Shown here piece by piece: positions 26,692 to 41,100 of a stretch of DNA of 64,000 nt. Source of the stretch: Asterias rubens (lineage: Eukaryota); the NCBI RefSeq assembly GCF_902459465.1, contig NC_047067.1, positions 20,646,001-20,710,000 on the forward strand. The letters are read 5' to 3'. The notes beneath the pieces are model-generated. The model was not told the origin of the DNA, did no database searches, and saw nothing but the letters and a program-made list of their open reading frames with translations. Each line of letters starts with the position of its first letter. Positions within the stretch are counted from its first letter, which is position 1. Position numbers and translations under genes: made by a program.

Positions 26692-28927
26692 ATATACTAA
26701 TACCCAAAATACCCAAGAATATTGCTGTAATACAGTATCCATTTTCTACTCCAGTCCAACCATCTATTTCACATGTCCATATACAAAGTCCACATGTACA
26801 AGTAAGTACATGTGGACTTGTTGTAAATGTTCCAATCATTTTGTTATCGTGAAGAAATACCAAATGCGATGCACATAATTGTATGAGTAACTTGTATTGA
26901 GCAAGTTTTTCTTATTTGACAAAATAAGTTTTGGAAAGCTGCATGGTCTCAAATGAGAATTCCTTTTATACACAATGATAAAAACAATGAGATTTAGGTT
27001 AATTTTGCTAGCTCTTTGGAGCTGGAAGTGCCAATGATGGTGTAATTAATTTCTGTATAACATTTGTATTATTCATTGAGAAGGTAATGACATTTCTGGC
27101 CCAGTATCAACAGTAATTAACAGTCAACATGGTTCTAATGGTCTATTTAACAATTAAGACATTTGAGTACACAGCGTTGTGGTGTGCTATGGTGTGCTAT
27201 GGTGCATCATAATGCTGATGATACCAGTGAGGAATATGTCAGTAATGCTAGGTATGAGCCACTGACCTTAGGGGTTATGTCTTGTGTTTATGTTGTCTGA
27301 GGGGATGATGTGAAAAAGGGAAAATTGCTCAGGTTTTAATGAACCCAAAGGATTAGAATAGTTCACTTCCATGTGCCAATTATGGCTGTATTTTTTTTAA
27401 AAGCAATCTACCTCGTTACTATACCTTTATAAATATCAATTAAAGTTACCCGTCTTGATTTGTTGACACCCATAGTGATTAATGGAGGAGTCTAAATTGA
27501 AACCTCAGTTAAATCCCCTGTGCAATACATTATTGGCCTATTCCATTTTCCGATCAACCATTAGATGGGGAGAGGGGGGATTGCTTTAGTGATTGAATGC
27601 TGATTAACTCCACAACTATTCATTCATCTTCTTCTGGGAGCATTTCTTGTCCAGTGCTGGCAAAGTATCCATTTTGTCATCAAGTAGACTTTGAGAGCTG
27701 AACTTGTTTTCTTCAAGACACCCATAAAATAGTCTCGGTGGTAACTCCTCTGGACCTGAGTGTGTGTTGATGCCCAAGATGATGATATTAGTTGTGGTCT
27801 ACTTCATGACCCTGGCTCTTTAAGTCTAGACGTAGACTCTCTCGTTGTCAACTTGTGGACAGTTATAGCTATAGTTTCAAGAGAGAGTAGTCGCGTTTTA
27901 CAGTTGTCATTCTGGACGTCATTGGAGTTGGTGTTAAGTTTGCTTTCTGATGTTGTTAATGTTGAACACAGCAGGTAAGTATTCCAATACTTAGAAACTG
28001 TCACTAAAGTCAGACATTATAATTATGCAACTTTTCAAGCGATCGGCTGATTTTCTTGTTTTGGATTTCTCAGCTGTAAAGTTGAAGAACACAAAGTCTT
28101 TCTTGACAAACTGCAGCAGTTGTATCTGTTGTAAAGCCTTATGGTGTTATAACTACACTGCTTTGAATGTGTTGATTTAGTTTGATTCCAAGAGTTTCAA
28201 AAAGTAGACTTTTGTTTCATTTTTATCTATTTTTTATTTATTTTTTTAATTTGATTTATTACTTGTTTGTTGTTGTTGTTTTCATATTATTTGCAGTGCT
28301 GTCTTTACCAAGCCTAATATCATTTGGCAAAACCAATCATACTGCCAGTTGAATTTCTTGATGCCTCATATCAAAGTCTGTAAACCTTATTCTTCCAAAA
28401 TGCTTCTTCAAATTGCATTCAGAGTGATAGTTACATATGAATAATTAATATATCTTATTAATAAAAAAAAATTCAATAAAAGAAGTGTCTGCTTTAACAA
28501 ACTTTCTCGTTCTTATCTGAGCCTTGAAGAAAGTGACCCAGTCATGACACTTGTGTCCTTAAAGCAAGACACATAACCATAATTGCTTTGTCCAGTGCAT
28601 GGCTATAGACAGGTTGACCTTATAGGCCTAAATAAATTGCCAAAAGAACGGGTTGAATGTGTTATTCTCGATCAGCTGTAGAACAGAATCTGGATTTGTG
28701 TTATTTAGAATTTGTCTTCTGTTAAAAAAATCAATAGATCTGTACCGTCCTTGATAACCTTGATAACCTTTTAATTGTGAGGTTTGATTGTCAACAAAAT
28801 CTGAACCAAGTACATCCTCGCAAAACCAAGTACATCCGCGCAAAATCAACTTGAATAATTCTTTTCCTCTTCCCTATAAAACCATTTGAATTATTATAAA
28901 AGAGATTTGAATTGTTGAGCTGGGCAT

Positions 28928-30647
28928 ACAGCCGGCCCTGCAGATCAGCATAGATAATCCTGACAGCCGGCCCTGCTGATCAGCATAGATAATCCTGACA
29001 GCCGGCCCTGCTGATCAGCATAGATAATCCTGACAGCCGGCCCTGCTGATCAGCATAGATAATCCTGACAGCCGGCCCTGCTGATCAGCATAGATAATCC
29101 TGACAGCCGGCCCTGCTGATCAGCATAGATAATCCTGACAGCCGGCCCTGCTGATCAGCATAGATAATCCTGACAGCCGGCCCTGCTGATCAGCATAGAT
29201 AATCCTGACAGCCGGCCCTGCTGATCAGCATAGATAATCCTGACAGCCGGCCCTGCTGATCAGCATAGATAATCCTGACAGCCGGCCCTGCTGATCAGCA
29301 TAGATAATCCTGACAGCCGGCCCTGCTGATCAGCATAGATAATCCTGACAGCTGGCCCTGCTGATCAGCATAGATAATCCTGACAGCCGGCCCTGCTGAT
29401 CAGCATAGATAATCCTGACAGCCGGCCCTGCTGATCAGCATAGATAATCCTGACAGCCGGCCCTGCTGATCAGCATAGATAATCCTGACAGCCGGCCCTG
29501 CTGATCAGCATAGATAATCCTGACAGCCGGCCCTGCTGATCAGCATAGATAATCCTGACAGCCGGCCCTGCTGATCAGCATAGATAATCCTGACAGCCGG
29601 CCCTGCTGATCAGCATAGATAATCCTGACAGCCGGCCCTGCTGATCAGCATAGATAATCCTGACAGCCGGCCCTGCTGATCAGCATAGATAATCCTGACA
29701 GCCGGCCCTGCTGATCAGCATAGATAATCCTGACAGCCGGCCCTGCAGATCAGCATAGATAATCCTGACAGCCGGCCCTGCTGATCAGCATAGATAATCC
29801 TGACAGCCGGCCCTGCTGATCAGCATAGATAATCCTGACAGCCGGCCCTGCTGATCAGCATAGATAATCCTGACAGCCGGCCCTGCAGATCAGCATAGAT
29901 AATCCTGACAGCCGGCCCTGCAGATCAGCATAGATAATCCTGACAGCCGGCCCTGCTGATCAGCATAGATAATCCTGACAGCCGGCCCTGCAGATCAGCA
30001 TAGATAATCCTGACAGCCGGCCCTGCTGATCAGCATAGATAATCCTGACAGCCGGCCCTGCAGATCAGCATAGATAATCCTGACAGCCGGCCCTGCTGAT
30101 CAGCATAGATAATCCTGACAGCCGGCCCTGCTGATCAGCATAGATAATCCTGACAGCCGGCCCTGCTGATCAGCATAGATAATCCTGACAGCCGGCCCTG
30201 CTGATCAGCATAGATAATCCTGACAGCCGGCCCTGCTGATCAGCATAGATAATCCTGACAGCCGGCCCTGCTGATCAGCATAGATAATCCTGACAGCCGG
30301 CCCTGCTGATCAGCATAGATAATCCTGACAGCCGGCCCTGCAGATCAGCATAGGTAATCCTGACAGCCGGCCCTGCAGATCAGCATAGGTAATCCTGACA
30401 GCCGGCCCTGCTGATCAGCATAGATAATCCTGACAGCCGGCCCTGCTGATCAGCATAGGTAATCCTGACAGCCGGCCCTGCTGATCAGCATAGATAATCC
30501 TGACAGCCGGCCCTGCAGATCAGCATAGGTAATCCTGACAGCCGGCCCTGCAGATCAGCATAGATAATCCTGACAGCCGGCCCTGCAGATCAGCATAGGT
30601 AATCCTGACAGCCGGCCCTGCAGATCAGCATAGATAATCCTGACAGC
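28928..30647. repeat. 35-bp minisatellite, 49 copies
   Basis: Unit ACAGCCGGCCCTGCTGATCAGCATAGATAATCCTG; (30643-28928)/35 = 49. Confidence 0.98.
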
Positions 30648-33076
30648 TGACAACCTTGACATTTCAACAATTGATAACGATGGCCAACTCAAAGACTCAT
30701 TTCTCAAAATGATAGGCACTGGAAATTTGATGAATCAGAATGGCACATTAAATTAGGATGACCTCAGGTGAGGTCAGGCAAACAATCCGTGTATGATCCA
30801 GTTAAGGGATCTATTCCACTCCATTTGATCCAGTATAAAGGGGAACTTCTTTTATCTTGGCAAACGTCACAGATTTTTCTCGGAAAGCAAAGATAAAACA
30901 GACTTGTGAAAAGGTTAATCATTAAGGTGTTTTTTAATCATTGAAACTACTTTATTTGTGGGAAAAGTAATAGTCCTTCAAAATATGTCCATTTCAATCA
31001 ACAAGTTTCACTGAATCATGTGGAACAAAACTGAAACAGTTCTCAAAAATAACATCCAGGTGTTTGAGATGGAGCCAAGATGATGTCAATCTTGGAAAGA
31101 GTTGGCCCTGAGTTGTAAACAATGACGATGTACCCTTTTGTTTGTCATGTATAATGTACCATGAAGGAATAGAGAATCTGGTGTTTGTGCAACCAGCATC
31201 TATATCTGTTGGGTACTGTGTAAACATCTTGGGAGGATATACTATCTTAGATAGTTGTCCTTGAGTTATAAACAATAGCAACCTTAAATTAGTCATTCAT
31301 AATGTGAAGTCAACAAGAAGAGTGTCACTGTCAAGGTGACACCATGTTGACAAACAATCATGACAAAGAGGTTCTGCATCAGGTTGAGTGACTTGGCTTC
31401 CATTCAGGACATCTCATCAGAAGAATCAAGTTGGGGAAAGTTGACTGAAATTGTCATTTAAGAATTGAACAGTTTCTTAGAGCGTATCTTGACAGAACAG
31501 TATTTGATTGGTGAGTTTGTTTTTTTATTTCCCTCAGTAACATTGTCTTAATTTTTTTTTTTTTACATTTTTGTGTGTGTGGCTTTAGTGCTTGGTTTTC
31601 TTCACTTCTACATGCACGTACATGTATGTATGTTTCGATGATAATATTGCGGCCATTATTGACTGATGACACTGTTGAACCATGGAGGTGGTTAAACCAG
31701 TAAAAAACTCAACCATATGTTCATCTTGCATACATTAAAACCAAGTCCCACACAGATACCATTGAGTGCTCATTATATCAAACAATGGCACACACGGTTC
31801 TTCATATTATAAACAACTATTTATTATTCTGTAAATAATTGAGTTGGTAACTGATATTGAAAGTGCAGGTGACCTTAACCTATGATACAGGTATTGTACT
31901 CTCTGTTTTATTATTAATGCATTAGCGATAGTCAAATCTCTTTTCTTTTGTGACATACAAAAAACACAAAAATAAAACAAAGGCATGAAGAACTTATACA
32001 CATATTATGAGCCCATCTCACTTTCTATGTGTCATATTGCACCCACGTTCCTGAAACCTAGGATATAAATGGCACTAATTGGACCCCTGCTGGGTATTTG
32101 GCAGTCATAAGACAAAAATGGCAAGTTTCTGGAACAAAATTGTTATTTGAAACCTTCTGCGTGATATGTTAATTATGTACAGTGGTTCATAGTGAGGTAC
32201 TCTTGTTTTAAAGATACTTTTTGGCATTGTAGAAAAAGGATAGTGACATTGTAGGCTTGCAATAGTGAGTGGTTTTCTACAAATTTAGTTTTTAAAGAAG
32301 TACACAATGTGTCTATTTCATGGAGTTGCCATCTTGATTTTATGTCCCTTTAGTTAGAACTGTTTTTGATGGAATATGATGACTACGCTCCTCATGTTTT
32401 TTTGAAAGAGGTTAACTCTTGTGAACCAAAACCCAAACACATTGTCCTGTCATAATTCATTTTTCCCCTGGTGATTTATTTGATGAATTATGGATATTTC
32501 CAGATGACACTCCTGCATACCTGGCCCTGAAGTTAAAGACGAAGTACTGGATTTGGTTATCATACAACAATATTTGACTAGTTTCAATATGGACGCTTTG
32601 ATGGTAATGTGTACACCAGTGCCAACACTTTTTGGGAAAGATTCCCATTTTGAAGTTCTCCAAACCATGGAGCATGTCCAAACTCACCATTTCAATTGTC
32701 CTGATTCAAATGTTTGTTATGAATGTTCATAAATCCCTGACAAAACAAATCATTCTGTTCTGTTTTCTATAAAATGTGACTGGTCTTGGGTGAAATTGTC
32801 ATAGGTTGATTGTATGATGTGGTTTTTGAAAGTGAATGAATTCTTGAATACAATAAAATGTTATTCTGCGCGTCCCCTTTAACTTTGTACACATTGGCTC
32901 ACTCTATTTGGTATTGCACTATTTTTAGTCTGGTATGCAGACATCTGGATTGAAACACTTGACCCGTTCTTGCCCAAACTACCGATCCAGATAAGACCAA
33001 AGATCCTCTCATATTGTACTCAGTGGAAATACTTGGTTAGTTTCTGAAAAGGAGATACACAGTGACTGTGTAGAAA

Positions 33077-33100
33077 ATGGATGTATTTCCTGAAGGAAAG
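33077..33100 (+). CDS. TNS1: Possible alternative first exon (MDVFPEGK) for a C1-less isoform
   Basis: aaaATGG context, AAG|gtacaa donor in phase 0, compatible with the exon at 37625. No homology support. Confidence 0.25.
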
Positions 33101-34322
33101 GTACAAACATTGGTTTGTGGTAGAGAGAAGGTTCATTTCATCATCCAGGAGAAGATACATTTTGTCTCTTGATATTTTTCTTGAAAAATAAAAAGATAGG
33201 AGTGACTACCCTGTAAGAAAACTAAAGATTTATAAATGCAGGGAATACATATACATTTCTCTTTATTTATTAATTACTTTTTATTGGATTTGTTTGCATC
33301 TTGAAAACTTCATAGGGGGCATACATGTAGAGGGTCAGAATAGAGGTGTTGTTCCAAAAAAAACGCAGATGCTTGACGAATTGCAAAACAAGACCAGATA
33401 GTATCAACTGGATTGGTTATTTGAAGACTTGTTTACAGAGTCACATCCAGAAAGGTCTTAACCCCTACTACCATCAATAGTTTTCGCTTCAAGAACATAT
33501 TTTGTTATTTCTCCTGTCAAAAAACAACTATCAGTGTTTATTTCTTAAGATACAATCAGGTCTTAGGTTGAGATCTCTGCTGGTTTGTTATATGATATTT
33601 TATCTCAGGAAGCCGGTGAGACAAGAATGTTTAATGAAAAAGTTTGATGAACGACTCCATGTACTGATTGCTCACTGCAGAGTGGGGGTGGTAATTAACA
33701 TTCATACATTATTGAACTTGACAGAAACCAAAGAGAAGTAAATAGACTTCACGTAGAGACAAACAACAGATAACTTTTACCCTCACTCGACACCCTAGTG
33801 CCTTATTCCCACATTTTGTTTATTTTTGACACCACTGTGTATACATTTCAGTGTAACTTGAGAGACCCTGGCCTCTAGAATGGTATTGACAAAAACAAGA
33901 GATGTGTTGACCCCAGATGACCTTTTGTAGTGCAGGTGTACCTGTTGGGTCTAGTCATTGATTGAGGATTGAACCCTGGAGTTGAACTCTTATCATGATT
34001 AGTGTTATTTTTCAATTCCGCGACTGCACATTAAAACACATTAGACATTTCTGTTCAAATCACCACAGCTTATTGGATTGTCACAGGTTGGGCCAGTAAG
34101 TTGCCATTTATGATAATGCACGTTGACAGTGAAATATGCACAACAACTGTTGCCTAAAAAGTACTTCCATCCTTTAATGTTAATAACTTTGGACACCCAA
34201 AAGTCATTGTGCATAATTGTACTCTATAGCCTACTTAAAAATACTTTGTACATGCATACTGAACATCTAGAAAGAGTTTTTGAAGTTTTTTGTGTGTAAT
34301 TGTAAAAACAAAAAAGGTGCAT

Positions 34323-34515
34323 GTAGGAGTTTAGGCGACTTTGAACTTGTTTTTTGTGTAAATGTGTTCATATCGTGCTAATATTTCCTCATCTAAGGAC
34401 AACCTCTTAAAGGATCAGGTAGGAGTTATTTGCAACTTTGAATTTGTTTTTTGTGTAAATGTGTTCATATCGTGCTAATAGTTCCTCATCTAAGGACAAC
34501 CTCTTTAAGGATCAG
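34323..34515. repeat. 96-bp tandem duplication
   Basis: gtaggagtt...aaggatcag starts at 34323 and 34419. Confidence 0.92.
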
Positions 34516-37500
34516 ATCAATGGCATGGAATTCACTCCTCCATGAACCCAGAGAGGTCATTCGGGGTCAACAATGGCTCTCTAACATTTGGTGTTTGGAT
34601 GATTTATGTCCAGTAAAGGGCTGTAAAAGTGATTTAAAATCAGACAAGTATTCAATGGTATGTCATGACATGAAAGGGTCAGCACTGGCGCATGGATTAT
34701 TACTTAGTTTTGTGTGTTGTTTCCATGACAACATGAAACTTTAAAGGTGCACAAACATCATGGACATTTGCGAGTCATGACTTCTTTTCTTGGGTTTCTA
34801 TGTTAATTGCAACTCTGGTTTTGCGCCAAAACTACTCTACTCTTGGAAAATGACCATACTTTGTGTAAAAGGAGAAACAATAGATTTTGAAATTAATTTG
34901 TTACAACCATGATTTAACAGAAAGAAAATTAATGTGTGAGTAAGTAATGGTCCCCTCTAAAATGATTATGTTTGGATCTCTTGTCTATCTGGACATTAAC
35001 ATTTAAGCCCCTAGTGAGAAGTTATGAATCATGTATGTGAAGAGATTTGGTTGTCAAAATCAATCAATTAAAATAAAATACTGAACACATTCCCCCTATT
35101 AGTCAAGCAGTAAGTTTGCATACATAAGAATCTTTCAAATTAAATATTGTTCCTCGCACCACTGCGTTTGTTTTAGAATCATCCAGCAGTTATTTGAAAT
35201 AATCCACCATTCCAAAATGACATTGTTTGCAGCACCAACCACGACCAACGAAGAAAACCAACCAAAAGTAGTGTCTCACAACCCTCCTTAAATCAAAAAC
35301 CAAAAACATCTCAATGACTTACAAATGTCATGAGGGATACTACTCAGTTTCATTTGTCCATAGCCTGCAATTGATGATGCGTTTGGCCCGTTGTCGAAGC
35401 CCAAGTCCACCAAGTTAGCAAGCATGCAAAGAATCTGCATAGCGGGCACACTCCATATTTGTCTATGTTTACTGTGGGCCCCTTGGCCTTGTTGAACACT
35501 GTGTGTATACAGTTGAGTTAGTGCCAGAGTTTATACCAGTGTTGTGTTTTCTTATAGCTCCATGCTAGTACTATACTAACTAGCAGTCAGGAATATACTC
35601 TGTAGAAATGCTCATCTCATTGCACTAGTGTTAATGATTGGACGCTTATCTTGATTGCAGTTTGGTGGATGTTTGTTGTTTAAAGTCGGTGTCATCAGGT
35701 TTTGTATTTTTTCTTATTTGGGACTGATTGATTTGTTGGAGTTACTGGACTGAATTTGTATTCTTGGAAGGTGTTTTCTGCTATGGTCATTTGTACTTAG
35801 TAGGTGAGTAAACAGATTGCTGGTTGAACGGTTTTACTTACGTTGTTTTCTTCTTTCATTTTGTCCCGTTTTGTTAAATTTTACACAGCAGTATTCACTT
35901 TCAAAGACACAACTCTTTAACTAAGTAGGGAAATGTCAAAATTAGTTGCTTTGTCAGTGGCTCAGATTGCTGCAAGTCTTGTTTGTATATTTGGTGCTGT
36001 AGCCATAGCCATAACCGCATCCAATTGATTTGGATGTGGGTTAATAACATGCTCACTTGATACAAGCATCAGTTTTGTGTCAACCTTTGGTGCCCCACTC
36101 TGCAACTTCAACAAAAATGGTTAAATCCTGTGTTTTGTGCAACGCATAATACTATTTTATAGGTTAGTTTTATAATTAATGTGATGTGAGATCATATAAG
36201 TCTCAAAACAAATAAGTCAGCATTGGATTTAAGCCATTAGCTGGAGGATTTGTAGGTTTGTCTCTTTTTTCCACCTTTAAAAACTTTTAATTTTATTGGG
36301 CAGTGAAGTAAAATAGAATGAAGCCAAAATGCTTGACCTCAAACATCTGGTTGGAAGTGTTGAAGGGCAAATTTATGCTGACTGTTTTACGAAAACCATG
36401 TTTGACTTAAATTCACAAACCCAAGGTAGTTTTAAGTCAAGATACGTGCTTTGTAACTTAGCAAGAAAACAGACCTTTTCATTTTGTGGCTTTTGTGTGA
36501 CATTGCATAGAGTCAGAGGTGAGATGCCAGAAGTCATGAGTCTCTTGAAACATTGTATGGTCTTGAGGTCATGTTACAGAGTTTATTGGGATGAATGTAT
36601 TCCTCTGCCAAAGAAACATGTAGGACTTTCAAAATCAAATCTGGATATGGTGCTGGAATCTGTATGACGGTGAGGATGTTTGATAAATCACCCCCCCCCC
36701 CCCTTCAAACTAAAATAGAGAGTTTGGGTGTTGAGTTATCATGACTTTGGATTTTCTTAGAATGAGGAAAGATAAAAGTAAATTGCCTGGAAGGATTCTT
36801 CACAGTTTGGGAAGTTGCTGCCGGACAGAACTGAAAATAAGCCGGATTAGTCTTTATTTAGTTGTTGCATCTTGATAAAGTAATCAACTGACAATAGCTG
36901 CACAGTTTAATATATGGAAGAGTGGCATACTGGTTCTTAGGTTGAAAATCTGCATGGACAGCTGTCTTTTAGATAATTGTATTTTAAACACAAACCAATT
37001 TGGATTTCTAATTCATTTAAGTATGTTTACAGTACCAAAACTTCCAGAGGTTTCTTCACACATGCTTTTGTGACATTAGATTTTGGTGACCCTTTTTCCC
37101 TTTTGACTGGCAGTGGCAGACGCCTGCCTGCCCGATTCACTCCTACAAGATCCATCAAGAAATTGATGACGCGTGCCAGTTTTGCCTCCTAGTGTCCTGC
37201 ATAACTCTATTGTGGAAGATATGTTGTTGGTATCGGTTGACATGCCCCCGTGGTTGCTGACAGCATGGAGAGAGTAGAGTACGCTCAGCCAGATGCTATA
37301 TTCAGAATGAAGGAATCTGCAGTACTAAATATTCACAGTTCTTGTTGTCCATGTAGTATCGTTTGTAATTTCTTTTCATTACTTCACTGTATATGATCCA
37401 AAGGCCACTACTGCAAGATAGTTTTTCTAGCTTCTTCATACTGCTTTAAGGGTCCCTGGATCTGAGGTGTGGGACCAAATTAACTTGAGTTATCTGATAA

Positions 37501-37624
37501 TATAAGGTGAACTTTTCATTGCAGGTGGACAGTCCCTGGTGACTGTTATGATTTGATAATTAAGATGTTTAATTGTTCACTTTTATAGATAATATATTTA
37601 TTTTTTATTTTTTGTTTGTTATAG

Positions 37625-37663
37625 GTCACAACAGAATGTAAATCTTCTGTGAATAATGCTCAG
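37625..37663 (+). CDS. TNS1: Tensin exon, end of C1 (VTTECKSSVNNAQ)
   Basis: T-rich tract + atag acceptor, CAG|gtatgt donor; supplies the last Cys at the correct C-x7-C spacing. Confidence 0.85.
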
Positions 37664-38030
37664 GTATGTATTTCAAAATGTTTCTTCTTTCCCTTGAACT
37701 TGTTTTAAATCTCAAGTTTGTGTTTGGTAAAGATAAATCCGATGGACTCTATGTGATTGTGATTGATCAGTATGTTATGGCTCTAATGGGTACAGGTCCT
37801 ACACTTGGAGTTAAGCTCCCAACATTCCTTTTAGACCAGGACCAAATCTCGCTGTGCAAAAGTTATCAGGGAACCAGTTACAAACAATATTATTTACATT
37901 GTGTTTTGGGTGGTAACCTATTTTCTTCTGGGCAAGATTTGTTTGGCTTGAGCCAATTTTTGGAGGTTACAAACAGCATTGTGAACTAGGGCACAAATAT
38001 CTGAATTATTTTAGACCACAGAGTCATGAA

Positions 38031-38174
38031 TAGATCAAACCTTTGCTAACAATACCGATGCATACATTTAGGCTAATTAGATCAAACCTTTGCTAACAAT
38101 ACCAATGCATACATTTAGGCTAATTAGATCAAACCTTTGCTAACAATACCGATGCATACATTTAGGCTAATTAG
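38031..38174. repeat. 47-bp tandem repeat, 3 copies
   Basis: tagatcaaacctttgctaacaatacc starts at 38031, 38078 and 38125. Confidence 0.95.
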
Positions 38175-41100
38175 TTAGTCCTTTCAACAGTTTGCACCTG
38201 TGCAGGTGATCTATAAAATGTTGATTTTTTTCAGACTTCTAGCCTAATATATACCTAATAGTGATCACAATGGTTGAACTACTTGCAAAGAAATCAGTAC
38301 TGTCATTCTATTTTATGAGCCTATAACTTCACCCTACTTTGTGAAGGAATCGTTTCAGGGCTGACCAACTTTCTATAAAACCAAAAATGGAACTCTTTTA
38401 TCATGTTTTGTTGCCCTGATTTATTCTATCAGGTGGCTTTAACATATCTTGACAAGATTTGTATAAATGAAAAGTTTATCAGAAAGATTACTGAACGCCA
38501 CTTTTGCCGAAAAAAATGGATGAAGTTGAGAGAATAAGGTCACTGCACCCCTGAACTGCTTGGTATGAAGCATACCAGCACGTTCTTTCCCTCATGGGTG
38601 TTGTTGTCAAAAAGAAAGGTATGCCGCTGAAGGGAAGGAAAGTCCTTGATTCTCCCCTGCTGGTTGGCCGTTATTATACGGACTGGCTGGGAGTAGTGAC
38701 TGGTTGGCTGTTATTGACTGGGTGGAATACTGCCCTCCTCTCTATCTCTGCAGCTGCTGTTTATACCTGGAAATAGCCATCTTAATTTGCAAGATTCCCA
38801 GGTCATGTGACTCCTAGCGGCAGATGGTTTCATTCATGAAGTCTTTCTCTCGCAATATTTAGAGAACTTAGTTCCATAGCTGCCAAACACAAATATAAAG
38901 ATTTAAGTTCACTATGTCCTGCTAAATCAATATGCCTTGACAGTATAGGCCTATAAAAAGCCACTGGTCCTGATTTTCTCTTGGTATTTAATCACAGCTC
39001 ACCTGACACCTTTTGCCATTGACTGTACTGAGAGTTTCAAGAAGTTATTATTTTCTGCAGTTAGTCTCTCCTTGATTTGGGTTCCCAGGAAGTCTACTTC
39101 TGTTACTGACTACATTTTCCTCTCTGTTTAAAGATGTGATTTTGTGTAAAATAAACAGATTAATGGATGCATTCTGACTGGTTGACTAAAGAAGTTTTCC
39201 AACATTGTGGCGTGTCTTTGATCTGGTCCTTGCTCTATGCTTTGATAATATCTGAACTGAATCACCATAGGCATAACATTTAATACCAATCCATGCCGTT
39301 GCAGAATAATCACCTCTTCCTTAGGGCTGTTAGAAAACACATTAAATGCTCCTTTTGTATTGGAAGGGTGCATTAATGAATGAAGATTCTTTATGCATCA
39401 AGGATGGATCATGTCTTCCTATAAATAAGACACTGATGGAAATTGTTCTTTTATCACAAAGCCTGGATTCGATTCTTTCAGTTTAAAGATATTTTTGGAG
39501 GTTGATGAAAAGATACCTGTTCATCTGAAGAAAAAAACTTGTATGAAGAAAAAGTCTTAATTTAAAGAGTTGGGGAAAATTTTTTTTCGAAAAAAAAAAA
39601 AAACGTTTCAGAAAAAGATGTTTCATGAAAAGTGTTTAATGTCAGTTTCCTGTGACGTTTTCTGAGAACAAGATGACTGGAATAGTGCATGTGCACTTCC
39701 ACCCCACCATTCCTGTAGGGAGGGTGTCTTTAATTAAAACATGGCTGACTCCGATGATCCAAGTCATGGATGTCATCAAAGCAGTCATTCTTGTTGGATG
39801 TTGTCACGTACTGATGTGTCGCAATACCAGAGCAACCTCAAATGACCTCACTCTGTCATCCTCCAGAGATGACTTTGAAAAGACGTGACTTAACGGCGCC
39901 TTAACTCCGATCCTACACCAACTAGCAAAACAAGATGAAAATGATTAAGAAATGAATGTTTATTAAGAAAGATGCTGGAGGCTTTCTCCCCAATTAGAAC
40001 TCGGTATCACTTGATATTCTGACAATTTTTTTTTCAAGGGGGTGTGAACGTTTGTTTTCATTGGGAGTTTTTTTCTCTTTAAAGGTCGACATTCTGCCTT
40101 GGCAAGAAAGCTGCATCTCAATGGCATTAAGATGTTGTGTTTTAAATACCAAGCCAGAGATACATTATAAAGACATAACTTACAAGATAAGGTAGATGCA
40201 TTGGTAATGATGTGAGACTGTGTTTTGTTGTCTCTACCCCTACTGAATCAAGATAAGGTACTAGGTGCATTGGTAATGATAAGAAACTGCTGAATGGAGA
40301 TAAGGTAGATGCAGTGGTAAACTGCAGAATCTTCTTTACATCATTGGTACCTCTAGGATGCTCACTCTAAGATCGCATCCATCTTATCTTACATGATTGA
40401 AATGGATGCGGCAGAATGAGTAATCCTCAGACATCATTGATTAACAGTGAATCATTCAAAACAACAACGAACTAAGAGTTATGTGTGTCTTATTTATAAC
40501 TTGGTTTAGGGTTTGCATTTCTCAGTAATGATCAAATCAGACATTGAGGAACCTTTCATTATATCTTGTTGAGCTGTTTCATGTCTGGTTGAGCTGTTTC
40601 ATGTCTGATAAACACTGCAAGATGGATAACCTGAGCATCTTACCCTGAAGGCAATCAAATACCAGAACCTCAAGAGTTACAAAAGATATATCACAGTCAA
40701 GTCTCTTTGAATCCCGTTTTTATTGCGCCGATAACTCCCAGTTTTATGTTGGGCTTTATCATCATCAGGAGTTGTTATGTTCTGTCGGCACTCAAGATGG
40801 ACCACATGATTTATCTTCTCCCTTATTTCTGTCTTCTTTCTTTTCTTGAGCGAGTGAGATATGACTTCCTCTCCTCCTCCTCGTAGTAAAGTTGTTGAGG
40901 ATCATTGGTTTGGAGAAACATGTCAAAGAAGAGTTGTTTCTGGTTTCCTTTCACCCTTGCTATGGATGTACTTTTTGGGATGCATCAGTGACTTGTGGAA
41001 TTCCAGAGATAACCAGTTGTGAAGTTGGCGTATGTATCTTGTGGTTCTTAAAAAAGACTGCCACAATGTTCGTTGAGATGCAGGATGTAGAGAAAGAAGA

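Noticed and set aside
28928-30647. 35-bp palindromic repeats resembling CRISPR direct repeats
   Set aside because: Head-to-tail with no spacers at all.
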